Shown piece after piece: positions 1 through 18,800 of a stretch of 64,000 bases of DNA. Origin of the DNA: Eledone cirrhosa (taxonomy: Eukaryota); NCBI GenBank assembly GCA_964016885.1, contig OZ024751.1:52886001-52950000 (forward strand), in the 5' to 3' direction. A program made the translations under genes and the position numbers. Under the pieces are notes generated by a model, which worked only from the letters and a program-made list of their open reading frames with translations, had not been told where the DNA came from and made no database searches. Numbering within the stretch: the first letter of the stretch is position 1; every line of letters begins with the position of its first letter.

Positions 1-539
1 AATTACAACAGCAACAACTACATCAACAATTACAACAGAAACAACTACATCAACAACTACACCAACGATTACAACAGCAACAACTACACCAACAATTACA
101 ACACCAACAACTACACCAACAATTACAACAGCAACAACTACATCAACAATTACAACAGCAACAACTACACCAACAATTACAACAGCAACAACTACACCAA
201 CAATTACAACGGCAACAACTACATCAACAATTACAACAGCAGCAACTACATCAACAATTACACCAACAATTACAACAGCAACAACTACATCAACAACTAC
301 ATCAACAACAACCACATCAACAATTACAACAGCAACAACTGCATCAACAATTACAACAGCAACAACTACACCAGCAATTACAACAGCAACAACTACATCA
401 ACAATTACAACAGCAACAACTACACCAACAACTACACCAACAATTACAACAGCAACAACTACACCAACAATTACAACAGCAACAACTACATCAACAATTA
501 CAACAGCAACAACTACATCAACAATTACAACATCAACAA

Positions 540-3500
540 CTACACCAACAATTACAACAGCTACAACTACACCAACAAATACAACAGCAACAACTACACC
601 AACAATTTCAACAGCAACAACTACATCAACAATTACAACAGCAACAACTACATCAACAACTACAACAGCAACAACTACACCAACAATTACAACAGCAACA
701 ACTACACCAACAATTACAACAGCAACAACTACATCAACAATTACAACAGCAACAACTACACCAACAATTACAACAGCAACAACTACACCAACAATTACAA
801 CAGCAGCAACTACATCAACAATTACAACATCAACAACTACATCAACAATTACAACAGCAACAACTACATCAACAATTACAACAGCAACAACTACATCAAC
901 AACAACTACATCAACAATTACAACAGCAACAACTGCATCAACAATTACAACAGCAACAACTACACCAACAATTACAACAGCAACAACTACATCAACGATT
1001 ACAACAGCAACAACTACATCAACAATTACAACAGCAACAACTACACCAACAATTACAACAGCAACAACTACACCAACAATTACAAGAACTACATCAACAA
1101 TTACAACAGCAACAACTACACCAACAATTACAACAGCAACAACTACATCAACAATTACAACAGGAACAACTACATCAACAACTACACCAACAATTACAAC
1201 AGCAACAACTACATCAACAACTACACCAACAATTACAAGAGCAACAACTACATCAACAATTACAAGAGCAACAACTACATCAACAACTACACCAACAATT
1301 ACAACAGCAACAACTACATCAACAACTACACCAACAATTACAACAGCAACAACTACATCAACAACTACACCAACAATTACACCAACAATTACAACAGCAA
1401 CAACTACACCAACAATTACAACAGCAACAACTACATCAACAACTACACCAACAATTAGAAGAGCAACAACTACACCAACAATTACAACAGCAACAACTAC
1501 ATCAACAACTACACCAACAATTACAACAGCAACAACTACATCAACAATTACAACAGCAACAACTACACCAACAATTACAACAGCAACAACTACATCAACA
1601 ATTACAACAGGAACAACTACACCAACAATTACAACAGCAACAACTACATCAACAACTACACCAACAACTACACCAACAATTACAAGAGCAACAACTACAC
1701 CAACAATTACAACAGCAACAACTACATCAACAACTACACCAACAATTACAAGAGCAACAACTACATCAACAATTACAACAGCAACAACTACACCAACAAT
1801 TACAACAGCAACAACTACACCAACAATTACAACAGCAACAACTACACCAACAATTACAACAGCAACAACTACACCAACAATTACAACAGCAACAACTACA
1901 CCAACAATTACAACAGCAACAACTACACCAGCAATTACAACAGCAACAACTACAGCAACAACTACACCAACAATTACAACAGCAACAACTACACCAACAA
2001 TTACAAAAGCAACAACTACATCAACAACTACACCAACAATTACAACAGCAACAACTACACCAACAATTACAACAGCAACAACTACATCAACAACTACACC
2101 AACGATTACAACAGCAACAACTACACCAACAATTACAACAGCAACAACTACATCAACAATTACAACATCAACAACTACATCAACAATTACAACAGCAACA
2201 ACTACACCAACAATTACAACATCAACAACTACATCAACAATTACATCAACAACAACTACACCAACAATTACAACAGCAACAACTACATCAACAACTACAT
2301 CAACAATTACAACAGCAATAACTACACCAACAATTACAACAGCAACAACTACACCAACAATTACAACAGCAACAACTACATCAACAACTACATCAACAAT
2401 TACAACAGGAACAACTACATCAATAATTACAACAGCAACAACTACATCAACAACTACATCAACAATTACAACAGCAACAACTACACCAACAATTACAACA
2501 GCAACAACTACATCAACAATTACAACAGGAACAACTACGTCAATAATTACAACAGCAACAACTACATCAAAAACTACATCAACAATTACAACAGCAACAA
2601 CTACATCAACAATTACAACAGCAACAACTACATCAACAACTACACCAACAATTACAACAGCAATAACTACATCAACAACTACACCAACAATTACAACAGC
2701 AACAACTACATCAACAATTACAACAGAAACAACTACATCAACAACTACACCAACGATTACAACAGCAACAACTACACCAACAATTACAACAGCAACAACT
2801 ACATCAACAATTACAACAGCAACAACTACACCAACAACTACACCAACAATTACAACAGCAACAACTACATCAACAATTACAACAGCAACAACTACACCAA
2901 CAATTACAACAGCAACAACTACACCAACAATTACAACGGCAACAACTACATCAACAATTACAACAGCAGCAACTACATCAACAATTACAACATCAACAAC
3001 TACATCAACAACTACATCAACAACAACCACATCAACAATTACAACAGCAACAACTGCATCAACAATTACAACAGCAACAACTACATCAACAACTACATCA
3101 ACAACAACCACATCAACAATTACAACAGCAACAACTGCATCAACAATTACAACAGCAACAACTACACCAACAATTACAACAGCAACAACTACATCAACAA
3201 TTACAACAGCAACAACTACACCAACAACTACACCAACAATTACAACAGCAACAACTACACCAACAATTACAACAGCAACAACTACACCAACAATTACAAC
3301 AGCAACAACTACACCAACAATTTCAACAGCAACAACTACATCAACAACAACTACATCAACAATTACAACAGCAACAACTACATCAACAATTACAACAGCA
3401 ACAACTACACCAACAATTACAACAGCAACAACTACATCAACAATTACAACAGGAACAACTACATCAACAACTACACCAACAATTACAACAGCAACAACTA

Positions 3501-6500
3501 CATCAACAACTACACCAACAATTACAAGAGCAACAACTACATCGACAATTACAACAGCAACAACTACATCAACAACTACACCAACAATTACAAGAGCAAC
3601 AACTACATCAACAATTACAACAGCAACAACTACATCAACAACTACACCAACAATTACAACAGCAACAACTACATCAACAACTACACCAACAATTACAACA
3701 GCAACAACTACACCAACAATTACACCAACAATTACAACAGCAACAACTACACCAACAATTACAACAGCAACAACTACATCAACAACTACACCAACAATTA
3801 CAAGAGGAACAACTACATCAACAATTACAACAGCAACAACTACACCAACAATTACAACAGCAACAACTACACCAACAATTACAACAGCAACAACTACACC
3901 AACAATTACAACAGCAACAACTACACCAACAATTACAACAGCAACAACTACACCAACAATTACAACAGCAACAACTACACCAGCAATTACAACAGCAACA
4001 ACTACAGCAACAACTACACCAACAATTACAACAGCAACAACTACACCAACAATTACAAAAGCAACAACTACATCAACAACTACACCAACAATTACAACAG
4101 CAACAACTACACCAACAATTACAACAGCAACAACTACATCAACAACTACACCAACGATTACAACAGCAACAACTACACCAACAATTACAACAGCAACAAC
4201 TACATCAACAATTACAACATCAACAACTACATCAACAATTACAACAGCAACAACTACACCAACAATTACAACATCAACAACTACATCAACAATTACATCA
4301 ACAACAACTACACCAACAATTACAACAGCAACAACTACATCAACAACTACATCAACAATTACAACAGCAATAACTACACCAACAATTACAACAGCAACAA
4401 CTACACCAACAATTACAACAGCAACAACTACATCAACAACTACATCAACAATTACAACAGGAACAACTACATCAATAATTACAACAGCAACAACTACATC
4501 AACAACTACATCAACAATTACAACAGCAACAACTACACCAACAATTACAACAGCAACAACTACATCAACAACTACATCAACAATTACAACAGGAACAACT
4601 ACGTCAATAATTACAACAGCAACAACTACATCAAAAACTACATCAACAATTACAACAGCAACAACTACATCAACAATTACAACAGCAACAACTACATCAA
4701 CAATTACAACAGCAACAACTACACCAACAATTACAACATCAACAACTACATCAACAATTACATGAACAACAACTACACCAACAATTACAACAGCAACAAC
4801 TACATCAACAATTACAACAGCAACAACTACACCAACAATTACAACAGCAACAACTACATCAACAATTACAACAGCAACAACTACACCAACAATTACAACA
4901 GCAACAACTACATCAACAATTACAACAGCAACAACTACACCAACAATTACAACAGCAACACCTACACCAACAATTACAACAGCAACAACTACATCAACAA
5001 TTACAACAGCAACAACTACATCAACAATTACAACATCAACAACTACACCAACAATTACAACAGCTACAACTACACCAACAAATACAACAGCAACAACTAC
5101 ACCAACAATTTCAACAGCAACAACTACATCAACAATTTCAACAGCAACAACTACATCAACAATTACAACAGCAACAACTACATCAACAATTACAACAGCA
5201 ACAATTGCAACAGCAACAACTACATCAACAATTACAACAGCAACAACTACACCAACAATTACAACAGCAACAACTACACCAACAATTACAACAGCAACAA
5301 CTACATCAACAACTACACCAACAATTACAACAGCAACAACTACATCAACAATTACAACAGCAACAATTACACCAACAATTACAACAGCAACAACTACATC
5401 AACAACTACACCAACGATTACAACAGCAACAACTACACCAACAATTACAACAGCAACAACTACATCAACAATTACAACAGCAACAACTACATCAACAATT
5501 ACAACAGCAACAACTACACCAACAATTACAACAGCAACAACTACATCAACAACTACACCAACAATTACAACAGCAACAACTACATCAACAATTACAACAG
5601 CAACAATTACACCAACAATTACAACAGCAACAACTACATCAACAATTACAACAGCAACAACTACATCAACAATTACAAGAGCAACAACTACACCAACAAT
5701 TACAACAGCAACAACTACATCAACAACTACACCAACAATTACGACAGCAACAACTACATCAACAATTACGACAGCAACAACTACACCAACAATTACAACA
5801 GCAACAACTACATCAACAATTACAACAGCAACAACTACACCAACAATTACAACAGCAACAACTACACCAACAATTACAACAGCAACATCTACACCAACAA
5901 TTACAACACCAACAACTACACCAACAATTACAACAGCAACAACTACACCAACAATTACAACAGCAACAACTACACCAACAATTACAACAGCAACAACTAC
6001 ACCAACAATTATAACAGCAACAACTACACCAACAATTACAACAGCAACAATTACAACAATAGCTACACCAACAATTACAACAGCAACAACTACAGCAAGA
6101 ACTACACCAACAATTACAACAACAACAACAATTACAACAGCAACAACTACACCAACAATTACAACATCAACAATTACATCAACAACTACACCAACAATTA
6201 CAACACCAACAATTACAACAGCAACAACTACATCAACAACTACACCAACAATTACAACAGCAACAACTACATCAACAACTACACCAACGATTACAACAGC
6301 AACAACTACACCAACAATTACAACAGCAACAACTACATCAACAATTACAACATCAACAACTACATCAACAATTACAACAACAACAACTACAGCAACAATT
6401 ACAACAGCAACAACTATACCAACAATTACAACAGCAACAACTACAGCAACAACTACACCAACAATTACAACAGCAACAACTACACCAGCAATTACAACAG

Positions 6501-9500
6501 CAACAACTACAGCAACAACTACACCAACACTTACAACAGCAACAACTACACCAACAATTACAACAGCAACAACTACATCAACAACTACACCAACAATTAC
6601 AACAGCAACAACTACACCAACAATTACAACAGCAACAACTACATCAACAATTACACCAACAATTACAACAGCAACAACTACATCAACAATTACAACAGAA
6701 ACAACTACATCAACAACTACACCAACGATTACAACAGCAACAACTACACCAACAATTACAACAGCAACAACTACATCAACAATTACAACAGCAACAACTA
6801 CATCAACAATTACAACAGCAACAACTACACCAACAATTACAACAGCAACAACTACATCAACAACTACACCAGCAACAACTACATCAACAATTACAACAGC
6901 AACAATTACACCAACAATTACAACAGGAACAACTACATCAACAATTACAACAGCAACAACTACATCAACAATTACAACAGCAACAACTACATCAACAATT
7001 ACAACAGCAACAACTACACCAACAATTACAACAGCAACAACTACACCAACAATTACAACAGCAACAACTACATCAACAATTACAACAGCAACAACTACAC
7101 CAACAATTACAACAGCAACAACTTCACCAACAATTACAACTGCAACAACTACACCAACAATTACAACAGCAACAACTACACCAACAATTACAACAGCAAC
7201 AACTACACCAACAATTACAACAGCAACAACTACATCAACAATTACAACAGCAACAACTACACCAACAATTACAACATCAACAACTACATCAACAATTACA
7301 TGAACAACAACTACACCAACAATTACAACAGCAACAACTACATCAACAATTACAACAGCAACAACTACACCAACAATTACAACAGCAACAACTACATCAA
7401 CAATTACAACAGCAACAACTACACCAACAATTACAACAGCAACAACTACATCAACAATTACAACAGCAACAACTACATCAACAATTACAACAGCAACAAC
7501 TACACCAACAATTACAACAGCAACAACTACACCAACAATTACAACAGCAACAACTACATCAACAATTACAACAGCAACAACTACATCAACAATTACAACA
7601 TCAACAACTACACCAACAATTACAACAGCTACAACTACACCAACAAATACAACAGCAACAACTACACCAACAATTTCAACAGCAACAACTACATCAACAA
7701 TTACAACAGCAACAACTACATCAACAACTACAACAGCAACAACTACACCAACAATTACAACAGCAACAACTACACCAACAACTACACCAACAATTACAAC
7801 AGCAACAACTACATCAACAATTACAACAGCAACAACTACACCAACAATTACAACAGCAACAACTACACCAACAATTACAACGGCAACAACTACATCAACA
7901 ATTACAACAGCAGCAACTACATCAACAATTACAACATCAACAACTACATCAACAATTACAACAGCAACAACTACATCAACAACTACATCAACAACAACTA
8001 CATCAACAACAACTACATCAACAATTACAACAGCAACAACTGCATCAACAATTACAACAGCAACAACTACACCAACAATTACAACAGCAACAACTACATC
8101 AACGATTACAACAGCAACAACTACATCAACAATTACAACAGCAACAACTACACCAACAACTACACCAACAATTACAACAGCAACAACTACACCAACAATT
8201 ACAAGAAGTACATCAACAATTACAACAGCAACAACTACACCAACAATTACAACAGCAACAACTACATCAACAATTACAACAGGAACAACTACATCAACAA
8301 CTACACCAACAATTACAACAGCAACAACTACATCAACAACTACACCAACAATTACAAGAGCAACAACTACATCAACAATTACAAGAGCAACAACTACATC
8401 AACAACTACACCAACAATTACAAGAGCAACAACTACATCAACAATTACAACAGCAACAACTACATCAACAACTACACCAACAATTACAACAGCAACAACT
8501 ACATCAACAACTACACCAACAATTACAACAGCAACAACTACATCAACAACTACACCAACAATTACACCAACAATTACAACAGCAACAACTACACCAACAA
8601 TTACAACAGCAACAACTACATCAACAACTACACCAACAATTACAAGAGCAACAACTACACCAACAATTACAACAGCAACAACTACATCAACAACTACACC
8701 AACAATTACAACAGCAACAACTACATCAACAATTACAACAGCAACAACTACACCAACAATTACAACAGCAACAACTACATCAACAATTACAACAGGAACA
8801 ACTACACCAACAATTACAACAGCAACAACTACATCAACAACTACACCAACAACTACACCAACAATTACAAGAGCAACAACTACACCAACAATTACAACAG
8901 CAACAACTACATCAACAACTACACCAACAATTACAAGAGCAACAACTACATCAACAATTACAACAGCAACAAGTACACCAACAATTACAACAGCAACAAC
9001 TACACCAACAATTACAACAGCAACAACTACACCAACAATTACAACAGCAACAACTACACCAACAATTACAACAGCAACGACTACACCAACAATTACAACA
9101 GCAACAACTACACCAGCAATTACAACAGCAACAACTACAGCAACAACTACACCAACAATTACAACAGCAACAACTACACCAACAATTACAAAAGCAACAA
9201 CTACATCAACAACTACACCAACAATTACAACACCAACAATTACAACAGCAACAACTACATCAACAACTACACCAACAATTACAACAGCAACAACTACACC
9301 AACAATTACAACAGCAACAACTACATCAACAATTACAACATCAACAACTACATCAACAATTACAACAGCAACAACTACACCAACAATTACAACATCAACA
9401 ACTACATCAACAATTACATCAACAACAACTACACCAACAATTACAACAGGAACAACTACATCAACAACTACATCAACAATTACAACAGCAATAACTACAC

Positions 9501-12500
9501 CAACAATTACAACAGCAACAACTACACCAACAATTATAACAGCAACAACTACATCAACAATTACAACAGGAACAACTACATCAAGAATTACAACAGCAAC
9601 AACTACATCAACAACTACATCAACAATTACAACAGCAACAACTACACCAACAATTACAACAGCAACAACTACATCAACAATTACAACAGGAACAACTACG
9701 TCAATAATTACAACAGCAACAACTACATCAAAAACTACATCAACAATTACAACAGCAACAACTACATCAACAATTACAACAGCAACAACTACATCAACAA
9801 CTACACCAACAATTACAACAGCAATAACTACATCAACAACTACACCAACAATTACAAGAGCAACAACTACATCGACAATTACAACAGCAACAACTACACC
9901 AACAATTCCAACAGCAACAACTACACCAACAATTACAACAGCAACAACTACACCAACAATTACAACAGCAAAAACTACACCAACAATTACAACAGAAACA
10001 ACTACATCAACAACTACACCAACGATTACAACAGCAACAACTACACCAACAATTACAACAGCAACAACTACATCAACAATTACAACAGCAACAACTACAC
10101 CAACAACTACACCAACAATTACAACAGCAACAACTACATCAACAATTACAACAGCAACAACTACACCAACAATTACAACAGCAACAACTACACCAACAAT
10201 TACAACGGCAACAACTACATCAACAATTACAACAGCAGCAACTACATCAACAATTACAACATCAACAACTACACCAACAATTACAACAGCAAAAACTACA
10301 TCAACAACTACATCAACAACAACTACATCAACAATTACAACAGCAACAACTGCATCAACAATTACAACAGCAACAACTACACCAACAATTACAACAGCAA
10401 CAACTACATCAACAATTACAACAGCAACAACTACACCAACAACTACACCAACAATTACAACAGCAACAACTACACCAACAATTACAACAGCAACAACTAC
10501 ACCAACAATTACAACAGCAACAACTACACCAACAATTTCAACAGCAACAACTACATCAACAACAACTACATCAACAATTACAACAGCAACAACTACATCA
10601 ACAATTACAACAGCAACAACTACACCAACAATTACAACAGCAACAACTACATCAACAATTACAACAGGAACAACTACATCAACAACTACACCAACAATTA
10701 CAACAGCAACAACTACATCAACAACTACACCAACAATTACAAGAGCAACAACTACATCGACAATTACAACAGCAACAACTACATCAACAACTACACCAAC
10801 AATTACAAGAGCAACAACTACATCAACAATTACAACAGCAACAACTACATCAACAACTACACCAACAATTACAACAGCAACAACTACATCAACAACTACA
10901 CCAACAATTACACCAACAATTACAACAGCAACAACTACACCAACAATTACAACAGCAACAACTACATCAACAACTACACCAACAATTACAAGAGCAACAA
11001 CTACATCAACAATTACAACAGCAACAACTACACCAACAATTACAACAGCAACAACTACACCAACAATTACAACAGCAACAACTACACCAACAATTACAAC
11101 AGCAAAAACTACACCAACAATTACAACAGCAACAACTACACCAACAATTACAACAGCAACAACTACACCAGCAATTACAACAGCAACAACTACAGCAACA
11201 ACTACACCAACAATTACAACAGCAACAACTACACCAACAATTACAAAAGCAACAACTACATCAACAACTACACCAACAATTACAACAGCAACAACTACAC
11301 CAACAATTACAACAGCAACAACTACATCAACAACTACACCAACGATTACAACAGCAACAACTACACCAACAATTACAACAGCAACAACTACATCAACAAT
11401 TACAACATCAACAACTACATCAACAATTACAACAGCAACAACTACACCAACAATTACAACATCAACAACTACATCAACAATTACATCAACAACAACTACA
11501 CCAACAATTACAACAGCAACAACTACATCAACAACTACATCAACAATTACAACAGCAATAACTACACCAACAATTACAACAGCAACAACTACACCAACAA
11601 TTACAACAGCAACAACTACATCAACAACTACATCAACAATTACAACAGGAACAACTACATCAATAATTACAACAGCAACAACTACATCAACAACTACATG
11701 AACAATTACAACAGCAACAACTACACCAACAATTACAACAGCAACAACTACATCAACAACTACATCAACAATTACAACAGGAACAACTACGTCAATAATT
11801 ACAACAGCAACAACTACATCAAAAACTACATCAACAATTACAACAGCAACAACTACATCAACAATTACAACAGCAACAACTACATCAACAATTACAACAG
11901 CAACAACTACACCAACAATTACAACATCAACAACTACATCAACAATTACATGAACAACAACTACACCAACAATTACAACAGAAACAACTACATCAACAAT
12001 TACAACAGCAACAACTACACCAACAATTACAACAGCAACAACTACATCAACAATTACAACAGCAACAACTACACCAACAATTACAACAGCAACAACTACA
12101 CCAACAATTACAACAGCAACAACTACACCAACAATTACAACAGCAACAACTACATCAACAATTACAACAGCAACAACTACATCAACAATTACAACATCAA
12201 CAACTACACCAACAATTACAACAGCTACAACTACACCAACAAATACAACAGCAACAACTACACCAACAATTTCAACAGCAACAACTACATCAACAATTAC
12301 AACAGCAACAACTACATCAACAATTTCAACAGCAACAACTACATCAACAATTACAACAGCAACAACTACATCATCAATTACAACAGCAACAATTGCAACA
12401 GCAACAACTACATCAACAATTACAACAGCAACAACTACACCAACAATTACAACAGCAACAACTACACCAACAATTACAACAGCAACAACTACATCAACAA

Positions 12501-12800
12501 CTACACCAACAATTACAACAGCAACAACTACATCAACAATTACAACAGCAACAATTACACCAACAATTACAACAGCAACAACTACATCAACAACTACACC
12601 AACGATTACAACAGCAACAACTACACCAACAATTACAACAGCAACAACTACATCAACAATTACAACAGCAACAACTACATCAACAATTACAACAGCAACA
12701 ACTACACCAACAATTACAACAGCAACAACTACATCAACAACTACACCAACAATTACAACAGCAACAACTACATCAACAATTACAACAGCAACAACTACAC
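540..12800. repeat. Higher-order duplication of about 7.1-7.2 kb (about 540-5600 vs about 7600-12800)
   Basis: Rare variants recur in the same order: AGCTAC 559/7627 (7068), ATCGAC 3541/10756 (7215), ATG 4762/11950 (7188), AATTGC 5205/12393 (7188). Boundaries are approximate. Confidence 0.8.
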
Positions 12801-15800
12801 CAACAATTACAACAGCAACAACTACATCAACAATTACAACAGCAACAACTACATCAACAATTACAACAGCAACAACTACACCAACAATTACAACAGCAAC
12901 AACTACACCAACAATTACAACAGCAACAACTACACCAACAATTACAACAGCAACAACTTCACCAACAATTACAACAGCAACAACTACACCAACAATTACA
13001 ACAGCAACAACTACATCAACAATTACAACAGCAACAACTACACCAACAATTACAACAGCAACAACTACATCAACAATTACAACAGCAACAACTACACCAA
13101 CAATTACAACAGCAACAACTACGTCAACAATTACAACAGCAACAACTACACCAACAATTACAACAGCAACAACTGCACCAACAATTACAACAGCAACAAC
13201 TACATCAACAATTACAACAGCAACAACTACATCAACAATTACAACATCAACAACTACACCAACAATTACAACAGCAATAACTACACCAACAAATACAACA
13301 GCAACAACTACACCAACAATTTCAACAGCAACAACTACATCAACAATTACAACAGCAACAACTACACCAACAATTACAATAGCAACAACTACACCAACAA
13401 CTACACCAACAATTACAACGGCAACAACTACATCAACAATTACAACAGCAACAACTACACCAACAATTACAACAGCAACAACTACATCAACAATTACAAC
13501 AGCAACAACTACACCAACAATTACAACAGCAACAACTACACCAACAATTACAACAGCAACAACTACATCAACAATTACAACAGCAACAACTACATCAACA
13601 ATTACAACAGCAACAACTACATCAACAATTACAACATCAACAACTACACCAACAATTATAACAGCAACAACTACATCAACAACAACTACATCAACAATTA
13701 CAACAGCAACAACTACATCAACAATTACAACAGCAACAACTACACCAACAATTACAACAGCAACAACTACATCAACAATTACAACAGCAACAACTACACC
13801 AACAACTACACCAACAATTACAACAGCAACAACTACACCAACAATTACAACATCAACAACTACACCAACAATTACAACAGCAACAACTACATCAACAATT
13901 ACAACAGCAACAACTACACCAACAATTACAACAGCAACAAATACACCAACAATTACAACAGCAACAACTACACCAACAATTACAACAGCAACAACTACAT
14001 CAACAATAACAACAGCAACAACTACACCAACAATTACAACAGCAACAACTACAACAACAATTACAGCAGCAACAACTACATCAACAACTACACCAACAAT
14101 TACAACAGCAACAATTAGACCAACAATTACAACAGCAACAACTACACCAACAACTACACCAACAATTACAACAGCAAACACTACATCAACAACTACACCA
14201 ACAATTACAACAGCAACAACTACACCAACAATTACAACAGCAACAATTACAAAAGCAACAACTACATCAACAACTACACCAACAATTACAACAGCAACAA
14301 CTACACCAACAATTACAACAGCAACAACTACATCAACAACTACACCAACAATTACAACAGCAACAACTACATCAACAATTACAACAGCAACAACTACACC
14401 AACAATTACAACAGCAACAACTCCATCAACAATTACAACAGCAACAACTACATCAACAATTACAACAGCAACAACTACACCAACAATTACAACAGCAACA
14501 ACTACACCAACAATTACAACAGCAACAACTACACCAACAATTACAACAGCAACAACTTCACCAACAATTACAACAGCAACAACTACACCAACAATTACAA
14601 CAGCAACAACTACATCAACAATTACAACAGCAACAACTACACCAACAATTACAACAGCAACAACTACATCAACAATTACAACAGCAACAACTACACCAAC
14701 AATTACAACAGCAACAACTACGTCAACAATTACAACAGCAACAACTACACCAACAATTACAACAGCAACAACTGCACCAACAATTACAACAGCAACAACT
14801 ACATCAACAATTACAACAGCAACAACTACATCAACAATTACAACATCAACAACTACACCAACAATTACAACAGCAATAACTACACCAACAAATACAACAG
14901 CAACAACTACACCAACAATTTCAACAGCAACAACTACATCAACAATTACAACAGCAACAACTACACCAACAATTACAATAGCAACAACTACACCAACAAC
15001 TACACCAACAATTACAACAGCAACAACTACATCAACAATTACAACAGCAACAACTACACCAACAATTACAACAGCAACAACTACATCAACAATTACAACA
15101 GCAACAACTACACCAACAATTACAACAGCAACAACTACACCAACAATTACAACAGCAACAACTACATCAACAATTACAACAGCAACAACTACATCAACAA
15201 TTACAACAGCAACAACTACATCAACAATTACAACATCAACAACTACACCAACAATTATAACAGCAACAACTACATCAACAACAACTACATCAACAATTAC
15301 AACAGCAACAACTACATCAACAATTACAACAGCAACAACTACACCAACAATTACAACAGCAACAACTACATCAACAATTACAACAGCAACAACTACACCA
15401 ACAACTACACCAACAATTACAACAGCAACAACTACACCAACAATTACAACATCAACAACTACACCAACAATTACAACAGCAACAACTACATCAACAATTA
15501 CAACAGCAACAACTACACCAACAATTACAACAGCAACAAATACACCAACAATTACAACAGCAACAACTACACCAACAATTACAACAGCAACAACTACATC
15601 AACAATAACAACAGCAACAACTACACCAACAATTACAACAGCAACAACTACAACAACAATTACAGCAGCAACAACTACATCAACAACTACACCAACAATT
15701 ACAACAGCAACAATTAGACCAACAATTACAACAGCAACAACTACACCAACAACTACACCAACAATTACAACAGCAAACACTACATCAACAACTACACCAA

Positions 15801-18800
15801 CAATTACAACAGCAACAACTACACCAACAATTACAACAGCAACAATTACAAAAGCAACAACTACACCAACAATTACAACAGCAACAACTACACCAACAAT
15901 TACAACAGCAACAACTACATCAACAACTACACCAACAATTACAACAGCAACAACTACATCAACAACTACACCAACGATTACAACAGCAACAACTACACCA
16001 ACAATTGCAACAGCAACAACTACATCAACAATTACAACAGCAACAACTACACCAACAATTACAATAGCAACAACTACACCAACAACTACACCAACAATTA
16101 CAACAGCAACAACTACATCAACAATTACAACAGCAACAACTACACCAACAATTACAACAGCAACAACTACATCAACAATTACAACAGCAACAACTACACC
16201 AACAATTACAACAGCAACAACTACACCAACAATTACAACAGCAACAACTACATCATCAATTACAACAGCAACAACTACATCAACAATTACAACAGCAACA
16301 ACTACATCAACAATTACATCAACAACTACACCAACAATTACAACAGCAACAACTACATCAACAACTACACCAACAATTACAAGAGCAACAACTACATCAA
16401 CAATTACAACAGCAACAACTACACCAACAATTACAACAGCAACAACTACACCAACAATTACAACAGCAACAACTACACCAACAATTACAACAGCAACAAC
16501 TACACCAACAATTACAACAGCAACAACTACACCAGCAATTACAACAGCAACAACTACAGCAACAACTACACCAACAATTACAACAGCAACAACTACACCA
16601 ACAATTACAAAAGCAACAACTACATCAACAACTACACCAACAATTACAACAGCAACAATTACACCAACAATTACAACAGCAACAACTACATCAACAACTA
16701 CACCAACAATTACAACAGCAACAACTACATCAACAACTACACCAACGATTACAACAGCAACAACTACACCAACAATTACAACAGCAACAACTACATCAAC
16801 AATTACAACATCAACAACTACATCAACAATTACAACAGCAACAACTACACCAACAATTACAACATCAACAACTACATCAACAATTACATCAACAACAACT
16901 ACACCAACAATTACAACAGGAACAACTACATCAATAATTACAACAGCAACAACTACATCAACAACTACATCAACAATTACAACAGCAATAACTACACCAA
17001 CAATTACAACAGCAACAACTACACCAACAATTACAACAGCAACAACTACATCAACAATTACAACAGGAACAACTACATCAATAATTACAACAGCAACAAC
17101 TACATCAACAACTACATCAACAATAACAACAGCAACAACTACACCAACAATTACAACAGCAACAACTACATCAACAACTACATCAACAATTACAACAGGA
17201 ACAACTACGTCAATAATTACAACAGCAACAACTACATCAAAAACTACATCAACAATTACAACAGCAACAACTACATCAACAATTACAACAGCAACAACTA
17301 CATCAACAATTACAACAGCAACAACTACATCAACAACTACACCAACAATTACAACAGCAACAAGTACATCAACAACTACACCAACAATTACAACAGCAAC
17401 AACTACATCAACAATTACAACAGAAACAACTACATCAACAACTACACCAACGATTACAACAGCAACAACTACACCAACAATTACAACAGCAACAACTACA
17501 TCAACAATTACAACAGCAACAACTACATCAACAATTACAACAACAACAACTACACCAACAATTACAACAGCGACAACTACATCAACAACTACACCAACAA
17601 TTACAACAGCAACAACTACATCAACAATTACAACAGCAACAACTACACCAACAATTACAACAGCAACAACTGCACCAACAATTACAACAGCAACAACTAC
17701 ATCAACAATTACAACAGCAACAACTACATCAACAATTACAACATCAACAACTACACCAACAATTACAACAGCAATAACTACACCAACAAATACAACAGCA
17801 ACAACTACACCAACAATTTCAACAGCAACAACTACATCAACAATTACAACAGCAACAACTACACCAACAATTACAATAGCAACAACTACACCAACAACTA
17901 CACCAACAATTACAACAGCAACAACTACATCAACAATTACAACAGCAACAACTACACCAACAATTACAACAGCAACAACTACATCAACAATTACAACAGC
18001 AACAACTACACCAACAATTACAACAGCAACAACTACACCAACAATTACAACAGCAACAACTACATCAACAATTACAACAGCAACAACTACATCAACAATT
18101 ACAACAGCAACAACTACATCAACAATTACAACATCAACAACTACACCAACAATTATAACAGCAACAACTACATCAACAACAACTACATCAACAATTACAA
18201 CAGCAACAACTACATCAACAATTACAACAGCAACAACTACACCAACAATTACAACAGCAACAACTACATCAACAATTACAACAGCAACAACTACACCAAC
18301 AACTACACCAACAATTACAACAGCAACAACTACACCAACAATTACAACAGCAACAACTACACCAACAATTACAACATCAACAACTACACCAACAATTACA
18401 ACAGCAACAACTACATCAACAATTACAACAGCAACAACTACACCAACAATTACAACAGCAACAAATACACCAACAATTACAACAGCAACAACTACACCAA
18501 CAATTACAACAGCAACAACTACATCAACAATAACAACAGCAACAACTACACCAACAATTACAACAGCAACAACTACAACAACAATTACAGCAGCAACAAC
18601 TACATCAACAACTACACCAACAATTACAACAGCAACAATTAGACCAACAATTACAACAGCAACAACTACACCAACAACTACACCAACAATTACAACAGCA
18701 AACACTACATCAACAACTACACCAACAATTACAACAGCAACAACTACACCAACAATTACAACAGCAACAATTACAAAAGCAACAACTACATCAACAACTA

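Noticed and set aside
4762-14118. 3118-aa Asn-rich ORF (and those at 22273, 27814, 33733, 36592 and 61188) as real genes
   Set aside because: Starts and stops are point variants of the monomer (ATC>ATG, TAC>TAG/TAA), identical repeat continues on both sides, and there is no unique domain or expression signal.
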